Positions 39,182 to 48,715 of a DNA stretch of 64,000 bases are shown here, in pieces. The stretch spans positions 12,173-76,172 of the forward strand of contig JBGCDR010000051.1 of the NCBI GenBank assembly GCA_045105515.1. The letters run 5' to 3'. A model generated the notes under the pieces. It saw only the letters and a program-made list of their open reading frames with translations, searched no databases and was not told where the DNA came from. The stretch's first letter is position 1. Each line of letters starts with the position of its first letter. The DNA comes from Oligoflexales bacterium. GTDB taxonomy: Bacteria; Bdellovibrionota_B; Oligoflexia; Oligoflexales; Bog-1112. The translations under genes and the position numbers were made by a program.

Positions 39182-41713
39182 ATGTATCGATGGGAGATGC
39201 TGATTGCGTATCGGTGGCTTATAAACATTGCGTATTGGTTTGAAGCTATGATAGGAAACCCTAAATACAGACGAATTTACCTTCTTATGAAAGGGATTTA
39301 TTTGGATTTTAGCAGAGGGTTTAGGTTTTTCTTAAAGGGCCATATTGCTTGCTCTTTGGCCACGCTATTGGTTCCATTCTTGGCTCCCAGCCTCATAGAG
39401 GCGAAAGAAGTACAGCTTGAAGAAGTCTTGAGCCTACCGCCAATGTCTGTCCAGCAGATTATAGGCCGGTATGTAGACAAACGTACAGCACCGTCTTCGG
39501 CTTTGGGTGCCTCCAAGCTTCCACACAAAAACCTTAAAATTTTAAGGGCTGGTGAAGATTTCCAGATTTCTAGCTTACTTGGACAGGAATCTATGCCAGC
39601 AGGGATCTTGTTTAAATCTCTTGGAGACGTTGACAAGCTCCCCGAAGAGCAGAAAATGCTGGCTGAATTGAGTAAGACTTCCCGTGAAGATGACTTTATT
39701 AAATCCAGTGTTTCTGAGTCGTTGAAGCATGGAAATACACCGTCGCAACAAGTTTTGATTAGAGTTCAAGGTGAGCAAAAGGCCGTAGCAAGTAAGTTGC
39801 TAGAGATAGAGCAACCATCAAGCTCTGAAGAGCAGCTCGAGGTTTCTGAACAGTTAACTGGGGACATAGATGCAACTTCAGAGTTCTTGAGTTCTTATCT
39901 TGCTGGCCTTGGGAAAAATGATGATGCCTTGGCTCAGGATTCAGTCTCGCAAAAAGGAAAACGGCTTGTTGTACATATGCATGATGGACAGGCTGAAGTA
40001 GAGCCTAAAGAGATTTCTGGTACGGTAGGAGATATTTTCGAAGTAAGGGTGGCGAACAAGGAAAAGTTTAGCGAAGCTAAGCTGTTTGTTCGTAATCAGG
40101 ATCTGCTGAGCTGGGACTCTCAAGCAAGAGAACTTCGAGCTGAGAAAAAGGGGCGCACAGAGGTATTTTTCTCCCTTGGTGATAAGATGCTCATCATACC
40201 TATTGATATCCATGCAGGTGAGGCAAAAAAGCTGTTATCAGACCTGTCAGCTCCTAGAAGCATGGTAGGCTTTGAATCTTTGGAAGTCCTTTCGGCAAAA
40301 TCTGTTAGACAAAATGCAAGTCTTTCAGAAGAGCTTAAACTGACAGGAAACCTAGATATCCTTCCCTTTACACCTTTTGTACGCAATGATGGTGAATGGA
40401 AAATTAAGCCGGTTAAATCGTCTAGTCCATACTTGGTAGACCTAGTTCCTGTTGAATATGATAAAATTCGTATCCAATTGATAGACGAACAATCAATACT
40501 AGTAAATAAGGAGCTGAGACCAGCTGCCGGTGTACAGCTCAAAATTATTGGAACTCAGTACTCTGAAGTGACCAATGCAAAAGGTATGGGATCTTTTATT
40601 AATGTTCCGCATGGATCTAGGTTTTTTATAGAAACTTCAGATACCAGCCAATATTATGCACCAAGTATTGTTGAAGTCCATAGTCAAAACCAAAAAAGGG
40701 CGAGTGATCAACCCATTCGGATCAAGCTTATGCAGAGATCTCTCTTACATCATTTGCGGGCAATCCATGGAATTGAAGCTGATCCGTTTCAAGCTAGTTT
40801 GTGCGGTGTAGCCGTAGGAAGCGATAAGAATCCACTTGCTGGAGTGAATGCTTTTGCGAGGTATGATGCGAACTCTGGACAAGAGGCTATTTATTTTAGT
40901 GAGACAGGTTTCCCAGGTGAGGCTAAGGTGACCGGGTCTGATGGGAGGTTTTGCTTCTTGGCCCTTGATGAAGGTCCTATTGGAATTGAATTTTCTCAAG
41001 GGCAAGAGTACATAGGTTCTGTTTCTGTGAGTGTCTTTGCAGGAAAGCATTTGGAGCACACCTTCCCTGTGTTAGATAAACTAGAATTGAAGACCCATAT
41101 CTCCTCTTTACCGGCCGCAAAGGACATCGATCTCTTACCTCCAAATGACTCTGACAATCACACCATGGTAGATATGGCTAACTTGTTGGCTGTCAGCGAT
41201 GAATCTCTATTCCTTCAGCTTGATTTTGGATACCTAGCAGCAGTTGAGCCGCTTAATGTGCATAATGGCCGGAGCTGCTATGTGAATGAAAGTCCTGAGT
41301 TTGAGTATGCATATTACTGCTATGAGCAAAGTGAAAACGAAAATGAGCATGTGACATCACTTATTCCTAATGGATTTATCGATACCATATTTCAGAAATA
41401 CAATATGTCGGTGGTGGATCCAGACTTAGGTCGTGTGCTTGTGGAGCATGGGTCTATGTTGGGACGAGAGCATGATTCTGAACTGGTTGTCATTGAGTTA
41501 ATCGATAGCTTTGGAAATACAACTGAAAATCGGGTTCATATTTCAGATAAGCCGACCACCCGAGCAGTGTTCTTAAATTTGAAACCTGGATCCTACACAG
41601 TTATTGCAAAAACTAGCCAAGGCTTTTGGTTGGATATGGACACAGTGACCGTATTTTCAGATACCACCTCATATTTGCGAACTGGAAGTCCAGTTAGGTA
41701 CAAAAACAAGTAA
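39182..41713 (+). CDS. Large hypothetical exported protein with repeated Ig-like/carboxypeptidase-regulatory-like beta domains
   Basis: Segments VTNAKG..F.NVP.G, PLAGV...TGSDGRF.F..L..G and FLNLKPGSYTV. True start is probably downstream of 39182. Confidence 0.6.
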   Translation: MYRWEMLIAYRWLINIAYWFEAMIGNPKYRRIYLLMKGIYLDFSRGFRFFLKGHIACSLATLLVPFLAPSLIEAKEVQLEEVLSLPPMSVQQIIGRYVDKRTAPSSALGASKLPHKNLKILRAGEDFQISSLLGQESMPAGILFKSLGDVDKLPEEQKMLAELSKTSREDDFIKSSVSESLKHGNTPSQQVLIRVQGEQKAVASKLLEIEQPSSSEEQLEVSEQLTGDIDATSEFLSSYLAGLGKNDDALAQDSVSQKGKRLVVHMHDGQAEVEPKEISGTVGDIFEVRVANKEKFSEAKLFVRNQDLLSWDSQARELRAEKKGRTEVFFSLGDKMLIIPIDIHAGEAKKLLSDLSAPRSMVGFESLEVLSAKSVRQNASLSEELKLTGNLDILPFTPFVRNDGEWKIKPVKSSSPYLVDLVPVEYDKIRIQLIDEQSILVNKELRPAAGVQLKIIGTQYSEVTNAKGMGSFINVPHGSRFFIETSDTSQYYAPSIVEVHSQNQKRASDQPIRIKLMQRSLLHHLRAIHGIEADPFQASLCGVAVGSDKNPLAGVNAFARYDANSGQEAIYFSETGFPGEAKVTGSDGRFCFLALDEGPIGIEFSQGQEYIGSVSVSVFAGKHLEHTFPVLDKLELKTHISSLPAAKDIDLLPPNDSDNHTMVDMANLLAVSDESLFLQLDFGYLAAVEPLNVHNGRSCYVNESPEFEYAYYCYEQSENENEHVTSLIPNGFIDTIFQKYNMSVVDPDLGRVLVEHGSMLGREHDSELVVIELIDSFGNTTENRVHISDKPTTRAVFLNLKPGSYTVIAKTSQGFWLDMDTVTVFSDTTSYLRTGSPVRYKNK

Positions 41714-41763
41714 TCTACTTCAAGTTTAAATGAAGGTTGCTGAGCAGATATGTGCTCATTTTT

Positions 41764-42498
41764 TTAGCTTGTTGGTATTGTTGCTGGGATTTTTAAAAGC
41801 TCTAGTTGCTCAAGAAAGCTTGCTTTAACTTCAGGGTCCAACTCGATGATCTTTACCCCGTAGCCTGGAGCTTTTTTACCCTCTGATTTCTTTCGGGTCC
41901 AGGCAACTTTACCCAAACAGATGAGTTCTTTTATATCGCCATTTGCAAATTGCAACTCAGAGCGAATAAGGTCTCCAACTTCAGGAAGCTGCTCCTCACA
42001 GTGAATAAAAAAACCTGAATTGCCAAAGTTAATCAAATGCCCTGGATTGTTAAATTGTAGTTGATCAGATTTTAGCGTGATCATTTGCTTGTAAGCATTG
42101 GACGTCGTGTTACTTGCCCACCTTTTCGAACTTGGCATTAATAGATTTATTGCAGAGTGTAATATATCTTCTGGATCAAATGGTTTGGGAAAAATGTCAT
42201 TAGCACCACGTTGGTATGCTTCATCATTTGAAATGTCTGCAAAGCCAGTAACAAAAATAAGTGGAATATGCTTTAATGAATTATTCTCTCGAATTTCTTG
42301 TAATAGTGAAAGACCATCTGCATCTGGCATACGTATATCTGAGATGATAAGTCGTATATCTGCAGCTTTGAGGATCTCCATTGCAATATGACCATTGCCT
42401 GCTTCGAAGGCTGTAAATCCACTCTTTTTAAAGAAGTAGGCTAAAGTTTCTCGCAATTGTATGCTGTTGTCGACGATTAGAATATTGCAATTTTCCAT
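41764..42498 (-). CDS. Response regulator receiver fused to a PilZ-like domain
   Basis: Receiver motifs ILIVDN, ISDIRMP, FVTG and KPF; C-terminal FGNSGFFI...GKVAW...PGYGVK. Confidence 0.85.
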   Translation of the reverse strand: MENCNILIVDNSIQLRETLAYFFKKSGFTAFEAGNGHIAMEILKAADIRLIISDIRMPDADGLSLLQEIRENNSLKHIPLIFVTGFADISNDEAYQRGANDIFPKPFDPEDILHSAINLLMPSSKRWASNTTSNAYKQMITLKSDQLQFNNPGHLINFGNSGFFIHCEEQLPEVGDLIRSELQFANGDIKELICLGKVAWTRKKSEGKKAPGYGVKIIELDPEVKASFLEQLELLKIPATIPTS

Positions 42499-42645
42499 TA
42501 TAGAAACCCAATTTTTTGAAAAGATTTACTTTTCTCCTTTATATGGAAAAAGTATCGGTATAGCTAATTTGGCTTTTAAATACAGGCATAAGATCTTTAA
42601 ATTGAAAAGAAAAATGGCCTAGATTTTTTATTTATTGGCATGTTA

Positions 42646-42741
42646 GTGAGTCATCCCGAGCAAAGTCGGTGAGTCATCCCGAGCAAAGTCGAGGGATCTC
42701 AGGTGCTCTTAAGGAGGCCTCTCCATTGGAGTCGGGGTGAC
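42646..42741. repeat. REP-like palindromic element with a tandem 23-bp duplication of its left arm
   Basis: GTGAGTCATCCCGAGCAAAGTCG occurs twice (42646-42668, 42669-42691). The element closes with GTCGGGGTGAC. Confidence 0.8.
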
Positions 42742-42763
42742 CAATGGGAATTTAATATTTAAC

Positions 42764-43525
42764 CTAGGGTATTAGATCACGAGCTGCTATGTCTGAAATC
42801 TGATATAAGCCTGGCTTTTGCTTCAATATCCAATGTCCAAGTACGAGAGCCCCTTTTGCAAATAGGGTTCTAGAGTAAGCGCGATGAGAGATGGATATTT
42901 CTTCATGCTCTCCTAAGAAGCGTATCTTATGCTCTCCAAATACCCCTCCACCTCTAGTAGCTTGGACCCCGATCTCTTTGTCATGGCGTATATTGTCACG
43001 TCCATACACTGGATTGAAGGAAGTTTCTTCTGCAAGCTGTTTTGCTAGGTAGACAGCTGTGCCACTAGGAGAGTCCTTCTTGTGCTTGTGGTGAGTCTCT
43101 TCTATTTCTAAGTCAAATCCGTGTCCGGTGCAGATACTCGCAATATTGAGAGCTGCTTGCAAACTTAGATAAATTCCTAGGCTCGTATTAGGAGCCAATA
43201 GGATATTATGAGAAAATTCGCTCGCAAGGTCTTTCCATCTGTTCAAATCTTCAGAGCTAATACCAGTGCTGCCAATAAGTATCGCCTTTTTTTCTAGTCG
43301 CTCATCAGCTAGCAAGTTGAGCAGAGCTTTGTTTCCATTTGCCCCGGAAAAATCTAAGACTAGATCTGCTTCTCCAACTCCTGAAACGTTTGTTTTTAAG
43401 CTTGTATCCTCTTCGGTGCCCCCTAAAAGGTTAATCTGCTTCTGGTGATGCGATAGGTCTTGAATTTCCTGACCCATCCTTCCAGAAATACCAAAGATCC
43501 AAAGATTTTTTTGTTCACTTTTCAT
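42764..43525 (-). CDS. dapB: 4-hydroxy-tetrahydrodipicolinate reductase
   Basis: Motifs GISGRMG, DFS, IGSTG, APN.SLG, E.HH.HKKDSPSGTA and R..FAKGA. Confidence 0.95.
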   Translation of the reverse strand: MKSEQKNLWIFGISGRMGQEIQDLSHHQKQINLLGGTEEDTSLKTNVSGVGEADLVLDFSGANGNKALLNLLADERLEKKAILIGSTGISSEDLNRWKDLASEFSHNILLAPNTSLGIYLSLQAALNIASICTGHGFDLEIEETHHKHKKDSPSGTAVYLAKQLAEETSFNPVYGRDNIRHDKEIGVQATRGGGVFGEHKIRFLGEHEEISISHRAYSRTLFAKGALVLGHWILKQKPGLYQISDIAARDLIP

Positions 43526-43529
43526 AGCA

Positions 43530-44471
43530 TTATCCTTTCAGGTCGAGCTGTGAAAGCAAGCGATCAGTTTGATCCATTTGTTCTTTCAAAATTGTTTCAT
43601 GCTCTACACTGATAGGTGCTAGAGGTAGGCGAAGGGTGTTGGAACCAAATCCCTTGTAGTGCATACAGTATTTTAAGGGGCAAGGATTAGTTTCGACAAA
43701 TAGTGCTTCCATAAGCGGAGCAAGCGTATGATGAATTTTCATTGCAGTGCTTGTATCTCCAGAATTGAAGGCGCTTAAAAGGGCCTTCATAGCTGCAGGA
43801 TAAATATTTGAAATAACGCTTATACATCCTTTTGCACCAATAGCTAGGCTTGGCAAAAAAGTTGGATCATCTCCTGAGAGAAATACTTGATTTGGGATGC
43901 TACCAATTGCTTTGGAGAAGAAATTGAGGTCCCCACTTGCTTCTTTTACAATGCTGACACGCTCTAACTCACATATTTTGCTAAGCTCACTATGCGAGAG
44001 CTTTTGAGCCGTTCTACCCGGGACATGGTACAGGCAAATGGGTAGCCCAACCTCGTTATTTATTGCTTGGAAATGTCCAAGGAGCCCCTGAATATTTGGC
44101 TTATTATAAGGTGGAGTGACGACAAGCAGTGAGTCAGCTCCTGCGTCTGCTGCTAGTTTAGAAAGTTCAACACTTTGTTTGGTACTTTGTCCACCTGTTC
44201 CGGCCATTACATGGATATTTCCAGACGTAAGGGCCTTAGCTTTGCGAATGAGGGAAAGCTTCTCTTGAACAGAAAGGGTTGGAGATTCGCCGGTGGTGCC
44301 TGCAATGACAACACCGTCAATTCCTCTGTTGACCTGATTTTCAATGATTGATTCAAAGGCTTGCCAGTCGATGGAGCCGTCTTTTTCAAACGGAGTTACA
44401 ATAGCTGTAAAAATTCCCGAAAATGATTCAGGGAGATTCTTTACTCTGGCTGTTTGTTCTATTATTGTCAT
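43530..44471 (-). CDS. dapA: 4-hydroxy-tetrahydrodipicolinate synthase
   Basis: Motifs TAIVTPF, GTTGESPTL, PPYNKP, LYHVPGRT, KEASG, SGDD and ETNP.P.K. Confidence 0.96.
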   Translation of the reverse strand: MTIIEQTARVKNLPESFSGIFTAIVTPFEKDGSIDWQAFESIIENQVNRGIDGVVIAGTTGESPTLSVQEKLSLIRKAKALTSGNIHVMAGTGGQSTKQSVELSKLAADAGADSLLVVTPPYNKPNIQGLLGHFQAINNEVGLPICLYHVPGRTAQKLSHSELSKICELERVSIVKEASGDLNFFSKAIGSIPNQVFLSGDDPTFLPSLAIGAKGCISVISNIYPAAMKALLSAFNSGDTSTAMKIHHTLAPLMEALFVETNPCPLKYCMHYKGFGSNTLRLPLAPISVEHETILKEQMDQTDRLLSQLDLKG

Positions 44472-45948
44472 AGCTTTGCCTGATTTGGTTGTCTGAGCTT
44501 ACATCTGGTCTAGAGTGTCTTGGTTCTTTTACTTTTTCAAGAGGGGATTGCAAGGGTTTTCCTGGATCTTCGTAGGATTTAAAGTTTAGTTCTTCATTGG
44601 GCGTTTGAGGACGGTAGTCAATAATATCGCTTTTCGGCGCACTTTTTATACCACAAGCAGCTACGAGCACTAAGACCAGGATGATTATTCCAATTTGTTC
44701 CAGTTGGTTCAAATAGTTTTTAAACCGTTCAGACAAGCAATTTGCTCGCTCAAGTGTCTTCTTTTTCTCACCTATTGCTACCTTAATATGGTCTTGTGAG
44801 GAGCAGAAATCTTTCAGCAATTTTAATGATTTAGGTGTAAGTATATGGTTTATTTTGCCAAGCTCAGCTTCCAGCAATTCCGAGGGTTCGATAGTGTTTT
44901 TCTCCATGTAGGAAAACAGTTCTGCCGCAGCAGAATTGGCCGTCTTCGCTGGGGATCCTTCTGCAATTAAGTCTGATGTGATTCGCCTTTCCACATCTTT
45001 TCCTGGTTTAAAAGCAGCTCCTCCTGCAAAAGTATCTTTCTGATGTTCAGAAACCAGATCATAGAATGCCTTCTGTAATTTTCCAATGCTTGTTTGAATA
45101 CAGCCTAAAGCATTGAGGAATATAATCCTTCTAATATCCCACGATAAGAGATGAGAGCTGCGCGTCAGCGGCTCTTGTCTGAGTTTTTGACATTCAGAAT
45201 AAGCCCATTCGCACAAGACAGTTAAAGGAGGCTCATTTTCTAAAGGGGATTTTTGAGACATCTGCCAACTAATTTCTAAAGCAGCATCGAGGATAGGCTC
45301 AATACAATCTGCTATAGAGTAGCCAATTTTTTTATTGCTTAAGTGAGGGAAGGGGTCAAAACACAGCTTGCTAAATCCAAGAGCTTCACAGATTTGTTCA
45401 TCAAGGGTGTATTCTGCTTCTTCACCTGCCGACATTGAATGGGGAAAATAGCTGCTGCACACCTTATCTAAGTTCCAGAGCTTCTGGCAGCAGTCATCAA
45501 TTGTTTGTGCAAGCTGCAATAAAATGGATGAATAAAGGCATCGCATTTCTGTGTCAGTTCCAGAATAGAGAACAAATCCTCGATTAAAGCAGCGTTTAGC
45601 GAGTGGTATTAATTGATCTCCCCACTCGCTAAGGTTTTGAATCAATCGATGCAAGCCAGGTCTCAGGGTGTAGCGAAAAACATTCGAACCGAGACGGTTT
45701 GAACCATAGCGTGAAAATAGTACATACAAGTACTCGGTATCTTGCTTAATGAGTGTTTGCAAAAGGGGGAGAACACGCTCATCCTCTCTGCTTTGGATGC
45801 TACTTAGCGCGACCCTAAGGTTGTCATTGTCCTTTAGACTTAGGTAACTATGCTTGTTAAACACACTCGCTGAAGTGGTTAGAAAGTCCACAATCAGTGC
45901 ATTGTCGATGTGTTCGGAGAAATTAGATTTTAGTGGGAGGATATCCAT
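44428..45948 (-). CDS. Degenerate argininosuccinate-lyase-like protein fused to a C-terminal LptM/YifL-like lipoprotein module
   Basis: ArgH-like spacing (…LDEQICEALGF; DLIAEGSPAKTANSAAAEL…L.ELLEAEL) without the catalytic motifs. Ends with IGIIILVLVLVAACGIKSAP. Lies in the argH position upstream of dapA-dapB. Confidence 0.6.
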   Translation of the reverse strand: MDILPLKSNFSEHIDNALIVDFLTTSASVFNKHSYLSLKDNDNLRVALSSIQSREDERVLPLLQTLIKQDTEYLYVLFSRYGSNRLGSNVFRYTLRPGLHRLIQNLSEWGDQLIPLAKRCFNRGFVLYSGTDTEMRCLYSSILLQLAQTIDDCCQKLWNLDKVCSSYFPHSMSAGEEAEYTLDEQICEALGFSKLCFDPFPHLSNKKIGYSIADCIEPILDAALEISWQMSQKSPLENEPPLTVLCEWAYSECQKLRQEPLTRSSHLLSWDIRRIIFLNALGCIQTSIGKLQKAFYDLVSEHQKDTFAGGAAFKPGKDVERRITSDLIAEGSPAKTANSAAAELFSYMEKNTIEPSELLEAELGKINHILTPKSLKLLKDFCSSQDHIKVAIGEKKKTLERANCLSERFKNYLNQLEQIGIIILVLVLVAACGIKSAPKSDIIDYRPQTPNEELNFKSYEDPGKPLQSPLEKVKEPRHSRPDVSSDNQIRQSYDNNRTNSQSKESP

Positions 45949-46065
45949 AGCACACCTTCTATTTAAATGGAAAAACCAGTTAAATTATAGCATGCTATTT
46001 GGAGATCGAAATTTGGATTTCTGTTATGCCCCAATCTTGGAAGAACGCTGGGGCAACTTTTGTAT

Positions 46066-47700
46066 TTAGAAATTAAAACTTATGTAGCTTTGAACAAGGA
46101 ATGAGTTTTCAGGGTCAGATTCTTCTTCAATCTGCCAAGCCTTGCCTGGGAGAAGTGCTGCACCTGCTATACCTACATCTACATCTTTACCAAAGTTCGT
46201 CCAATACTTAATATCTATTTCGTAGCCAAGGTCATTTCCATAGAAACCAAAGGGTCTTGTTTCACTGGTATTTGCTTCGTAGTAGGCTTTGATATCAGCA
46301 TCAGAGAGGCTATTATTTAGGAAGCCATAACTGGCTTTGGCTTCAAAATTTCCTAGACTCAGGTCTTCGTATCGATATCCCAGTGAATATACCTGAGCAT
46401 TCATTACTCTTGTTGGGTCAAAAATACCGTCAACTGCAAGGTCATCGATTTGCGAGCGTCCATTAAACATCAAAAGGTTTGGTTTGAAGTTTTTGTGAAA
46501 CGCCAAAGCTTCTGCTTTTGAGGAACGTTTTCCTACATTCATGGCTTGGTATTTTGCATCTGCAAGAGCGTCATCAGCTTCGAGGGCTCTGTTGTCACTG
46601 TAGTAGCCGTCAGCATCCCCTGGAGCGTATGCATAATTTACCAGAAGTTGGTGTCTTGTGGCGTTTCCCTGCCTATAGATTTCTGGTCCAATATACCTGC
46701 CAGAGCTTGCAAGTGTCCAAGCTAATTCACCGGCAAATCCGATGGTGTTCATCTTATTTGTTGCGGGTTCGCCATTTGCTTCATAAGCTCCTCCGAGTCC
46801 AGTTAGATTGGGATCGGCAGTCTTGCCTAGGGTAAGCAAAATTTCGTTTTTAAGAGCTAAATTTGAAAAGAAAAATCCAGTGTATAAATCAACAAATGTG
46901 AGCTCTGTGTTATTTCCTCCATCATCAAGCGATGCAGAGTTCAACCTTGCTCCGTAAAAGCCTATTTGTTTGGTTAGTGAAGATCCAGCATTTGACTTGC
47001 GATCATCATACATGATGGTCAAGAAAAACTGATTAACATCATCGCTTTTATTGGCAGGGCCGAACCCAAAGTCTTTATCACTTTGCAGGGAATGGCGCAC
47101 ATAGGTACCGGTTTCACTGATCTTGTCAAAGCCAAATGAGATTCCAAGGGTCTGGGATTTTTGGAGGTTGATATCGCAGGATATACCATCAAAAACACTT
47201 GCATCAATTGCGAATGGGTCTTCACCAGAATCTAAAAATGCACCCATTCCCCATTGTCGTCCTCGTCGACCAGCCTCCAGGATACACCAATCAAAGGCAT
47301 ATCGACCGTAGGCTTTGGTTATTTTTGGAGCGTAGGGTTCATAGCGTGGTTCCATTACACTTTGGTGTTGCCCATCGCAGCCTTCTTCACTTCCGGTAGT
47401 ACAACCTGCTTTGAGTTTAGCTTTGTCTCCGAGGTAGGCGTTCTGGGGGTCATCAAAAATGCTTAATTCTAGGAAAAAGCTTGATTTGTCATTGACTCTT
47501 GCTTCCCCTAGTAGGCGAAAACTTTGATCCAATGCCTGATGAATTCCGCGTTTTCCTGATGCTCCTGGATTGGTCCTTGTCTCCCCGCGCAGTGAGTAAT
47601 GTCCTTCACCATCTAAGCTAAGGGCAACGGAGTGACTAGGTAAGGAACTTGTAACGACAGATAGAACCAAAAACTTTTTCAGCGATGCTTGAAATCCCAT
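46066..47700 (-). CDS. Outer-membrane beta-barrel protein
   Basis: Signal peptide, GRR..QWGMG, DLGYEID and a C-terminal YISFNF beta-signal. Likely start ATG 47700. Confidence 0.75.
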   Translation of the reverse strand: MGFQASLKKFLVLSVVTSSLPSHSVALSLDGEGHYSLRGETRTNPGASGKRGIHQALDQSFRLLGEARVNDKSSFFLELSIFDDPQNAYLGDKAKLKAGCTTGSEEGCDGQHQSVMEPRYEPYAPKITKAYGRYAFDWCILEAGRRGRQWGMGAFLDSGEDPFAIDASVFDGISCDINLQKSQTLGISFGFDKISETGTYVRHSLQSDKDFGFGPANKSDDVNQFFLTIMYDDRKSNAGSSLTKQIGFYGARLNSASLDDGGNNTELTFVDLYTGFFFSNLALKNEILLTLGKTADPNLTGLGGAYEANGEPATNKMNTIGFAGELAWTLASSGRYIGPEIYRQGNATRHQLLVNYAYAPGDADGYYSDNRALEADDALADAKYQAMNVGKRSSKAEALAFHKNFKPNLLMFNGRSQIDDLAVDGIFDPTRVMNAQVYSLGYRYEDLSLGNFEAKASYGFLNNSLSDADIKAYYEANTSETRPFGFYGNDLGYEIDIKYWTNFGKDVDVGIAGAALLPGKAWQIEEESDPENSFLVQSYISFNF

Positions 47701-47807
47701 GAGATCAATCCTTTTACAGTAAACCATGCTCAAAAGCATATAACACAAAAGATTTGGTGTGAAAACAAACCTGAGTTAAACCAAGACAATCTAAGTGCGG
47801 AAGAGGT

Positions 47808-48671
47808 CTAAGAACTTGGCATAGCATAGGTCTTGGGTGTGGCAATATTTTCTACTGCTTCTTCGGTAAATTTCAAGCGCTCTCGTCTTAAATCTATACA
47901 TTTTCCCGAAGATAGGTCAATTGTGCACAGCAATGCGCACAACCAAGGCTCAAGATTTGATGGCTCGAACTTTGCTCTACCCTTGCCTAAAAAATGACCT
48001 AAAGAGGCGGAAGTTTTTACCCCAATTACAGAGTCATAAGATCCGGTCATACCGACATCGGTTACGTAACCCATAGAATGGTCAAATATCCTTTCGTCGG
48101 CTGTGGGGCAATGGGTATGGGTGCCATAGAGCAAAGTACAGCGGTTTCTAACATACTGAGCAAATGCCTGCTTTTCGCTAGTTGCTTCTCCGTGAAAATC
48201 TACAATAAATATATTGGTTTCTTCTTTTAGAGAGTCGTATATTCTGTCAAATGTTTCAAACGGGCACCGGTTATCACCCTTCATAAACACTCTGCCAGTA
48301 AGGTTGATGATTGCAACCTTTTTATCACCAAGCTCGAGAAGACAGTAACCTTTACTTTCCTGATCAACATTGTACATATTTGCCGGTAGCAATAGATTTG
48401 CATACTGGTCTTTGAAACTATAAATTTCCTTCTTGTCGTGCCAATGGTTTCCAGTTGTGACGGCGGATATTCCCAGGTCATTGATCATTTGTAGGAAGAT
48501 TTTTTTAGTGATACCAAACCCACCCGCGGAATTTTCGCCGTTGGCGATAATAAGGTCGGGAGAAAAGCTAGTCTTTAGTTTTGGCAGCAGTTCCTTGAGG
48601 CATCGGCGGCCTGCTCGGCCTACCACGTCCCCAATAACGATGATTCTGCTGGGTTTGTCTGAATTAGTCAT
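47808..48671 (-). CDS. ymdB: YmdB-like (TIGR00282) metallophosphoesterase
   Basis: Motifs GDVVG, NGENSAGG.G, TGNH, DFHGEATSEK, GTHTH and TDVGMTG. Downstream of rny. Confidence 0.93.
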   Translation of the reverse strand: MTNSDKPSRIIVIGDVVGRAGRRCLKELLPKLKTSFSPDLIIANGENSAGGFGITKKIFLQMINDLGISAVTTGNHWHDKKEIYSFKDQYANLLLPANMYNVDQESKGYCLLELGDKKVAIINLTGRVFMKGDNRCPFETFDRIYDSLKEETNIFIVDFHGEATSEKQAFAQYVRNRCTLLYGTHTHCPTADERIFDHSMGYVTDVGMTGSYDSVIGVKTSASLGHFLGKGRAKFEPSNLEPWLCALLCTIDLSSGKCIDLRRERLKFTEEAVENIATPKTYAMPSS

Positions 48672-48715
48672 TTTAGTTCCTAGGCCCAGAATGGGCTAGT
48701 AAGGGAGCTTTTGGC

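Noticed and set aside
42646..42691. CRISPR array
   Set aside because: Two abutting 23-mers with no spacer and no cas genes; part of a REP-like palindrome.
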